Source: Tubulanus polymorphus (lineage: Eukaryota; Animalia; Nemertea). Taken from it: DNA of 64,000 nucleotides. Of the stretch, positions 63,247-64,000 are shown piece after piece (the first letter of the stretch is position 1; the number at the start of each line of letters is the position of its first letter). The DNA lies in assembly GCF_964204645.1 (NCBI RefSeq), contig NC_134027.1, forward strand, positions 14,354,485 to 14,418,484, read 5' to 3'. The notes below the pieces were generated by a model. That model worked only from the letters and a program-made list of their open reading frames with translations. It ran no database searches and had not been told where the DNA came from. The position numbers and the translations under genes were made by a program.

Positions 63247-63830
63247 TGTCAGGAATTATATCCTACTTGAATTCTGTTTGCATGACCTATATACTGAAAG
63301 AAACCATCAGTACAGACTCAATAAATCAGTACACTCAATAGTCATCATACTGAACACACGTCTTCCTTTTTCCTCTCTTCGCCCTAAATGTTCCTGGTTC
63401 CATACATTTTCGTGCCGTGACTAGGATGGCAACAAATACAGACAAAAGGATCGCAAATACAATCAAAAGGTTCGGGAAGTCATGAACAGCCTATCAAGGA
63501 CTATTCAACAAAGCTGTTTTCGGGGCTGAAGCAGTACTCGTAAAGCCCACAATTTCCGAAGACAACCTCGACGACTTAGAAAACCAGATCGGAATAATTT
63601 CAACCAAATTGCGACATATACAACAACTAGACAATGGAATAATCGAAAATGATCTGGAACGGACAATCATCGAAGCTGACTACAATGCGGATATCATTAG
63701 CAAAAACTCGAAGCTCAAAAAATTCCTCGAATGGAAACGAATTGAATATTCTCCAGGCGCTGGTACTTCAGTATCCAACGTAATTCAAACTTGCACTCAA
63801 CGAACATCCAAAACTCTGAATCTACCAAAT
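63247..63830 (+). mobile_element. BEL/Pao-like LTR element 5' fragment (short LTR, tRNA-His-like PBS, gag start)
   Basis: TGT..CA followed by TCGTGCCGTGACTAGGAT (63410-27, degenerate His PBS) overlapping an ATG; helical gag-like frame ending LNLP. Confidence 0.5.
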
Positions 63831-64000
63831 AGTCAGGTCTGTCGGGGTGGCATTCGAGGAACCGCATCAAACAAGGAACCGCTAGAGGGTGTCATTTTCA
63901 ACCTTCACGGCGGCGGCCGCTCTAGGTGCGCTGCGCTACGCTGTCACTTCCTGGTTCCGCTGCGGAATTTAAACATTTTACTAAAAGATCCACAGACCAC

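Overview
This is AT-rich eukaryotic (animal-type) DNA made almost entirely of nested mobile elements, with no recognisable host gene. The outer element is an env- and chromodomain-encoding Gypsy LTR retrotransposon (tRNA-Phe PBS at 13336, env ending at 60575). Its integrase is split at an A|T site by a 39.6-kb Helitron (16975-56607). The Helitron contains a solo LTR that is itself interrupted by a Sola2-type transposon. It also contains an AcademH-type element (RecQ helicase plus transposase) that carries a hAT MITE and a nearly complete ~20-kb Polinton/adintovirus-like endogenous virus (31345-51388). A second, inverted, partial copy of this virus occupies 1-8120. The virus is the most unusual feature. 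It encodes pPolB, rve integrase, packaging ATPase, putative major and minor capsid proteins, an NCLDV-type HNH nuclease and a block of membrane proteins, but no adenain protease. Its genes start at two classes of tightly spaced TAAATG elements that resemble poxvirus late and intermediate promoters. Its ends are 414-bp TIRs capped by GC-GNA-GC mini-hairpin repeats, and the left end forms a ~400-bp fold-back. Together these suggest, by inference only, a virophage-like hyperparasite of a cytoplasmic pox-like DNA virus. All family assignments come from motif recognition by eye; no searches were run.
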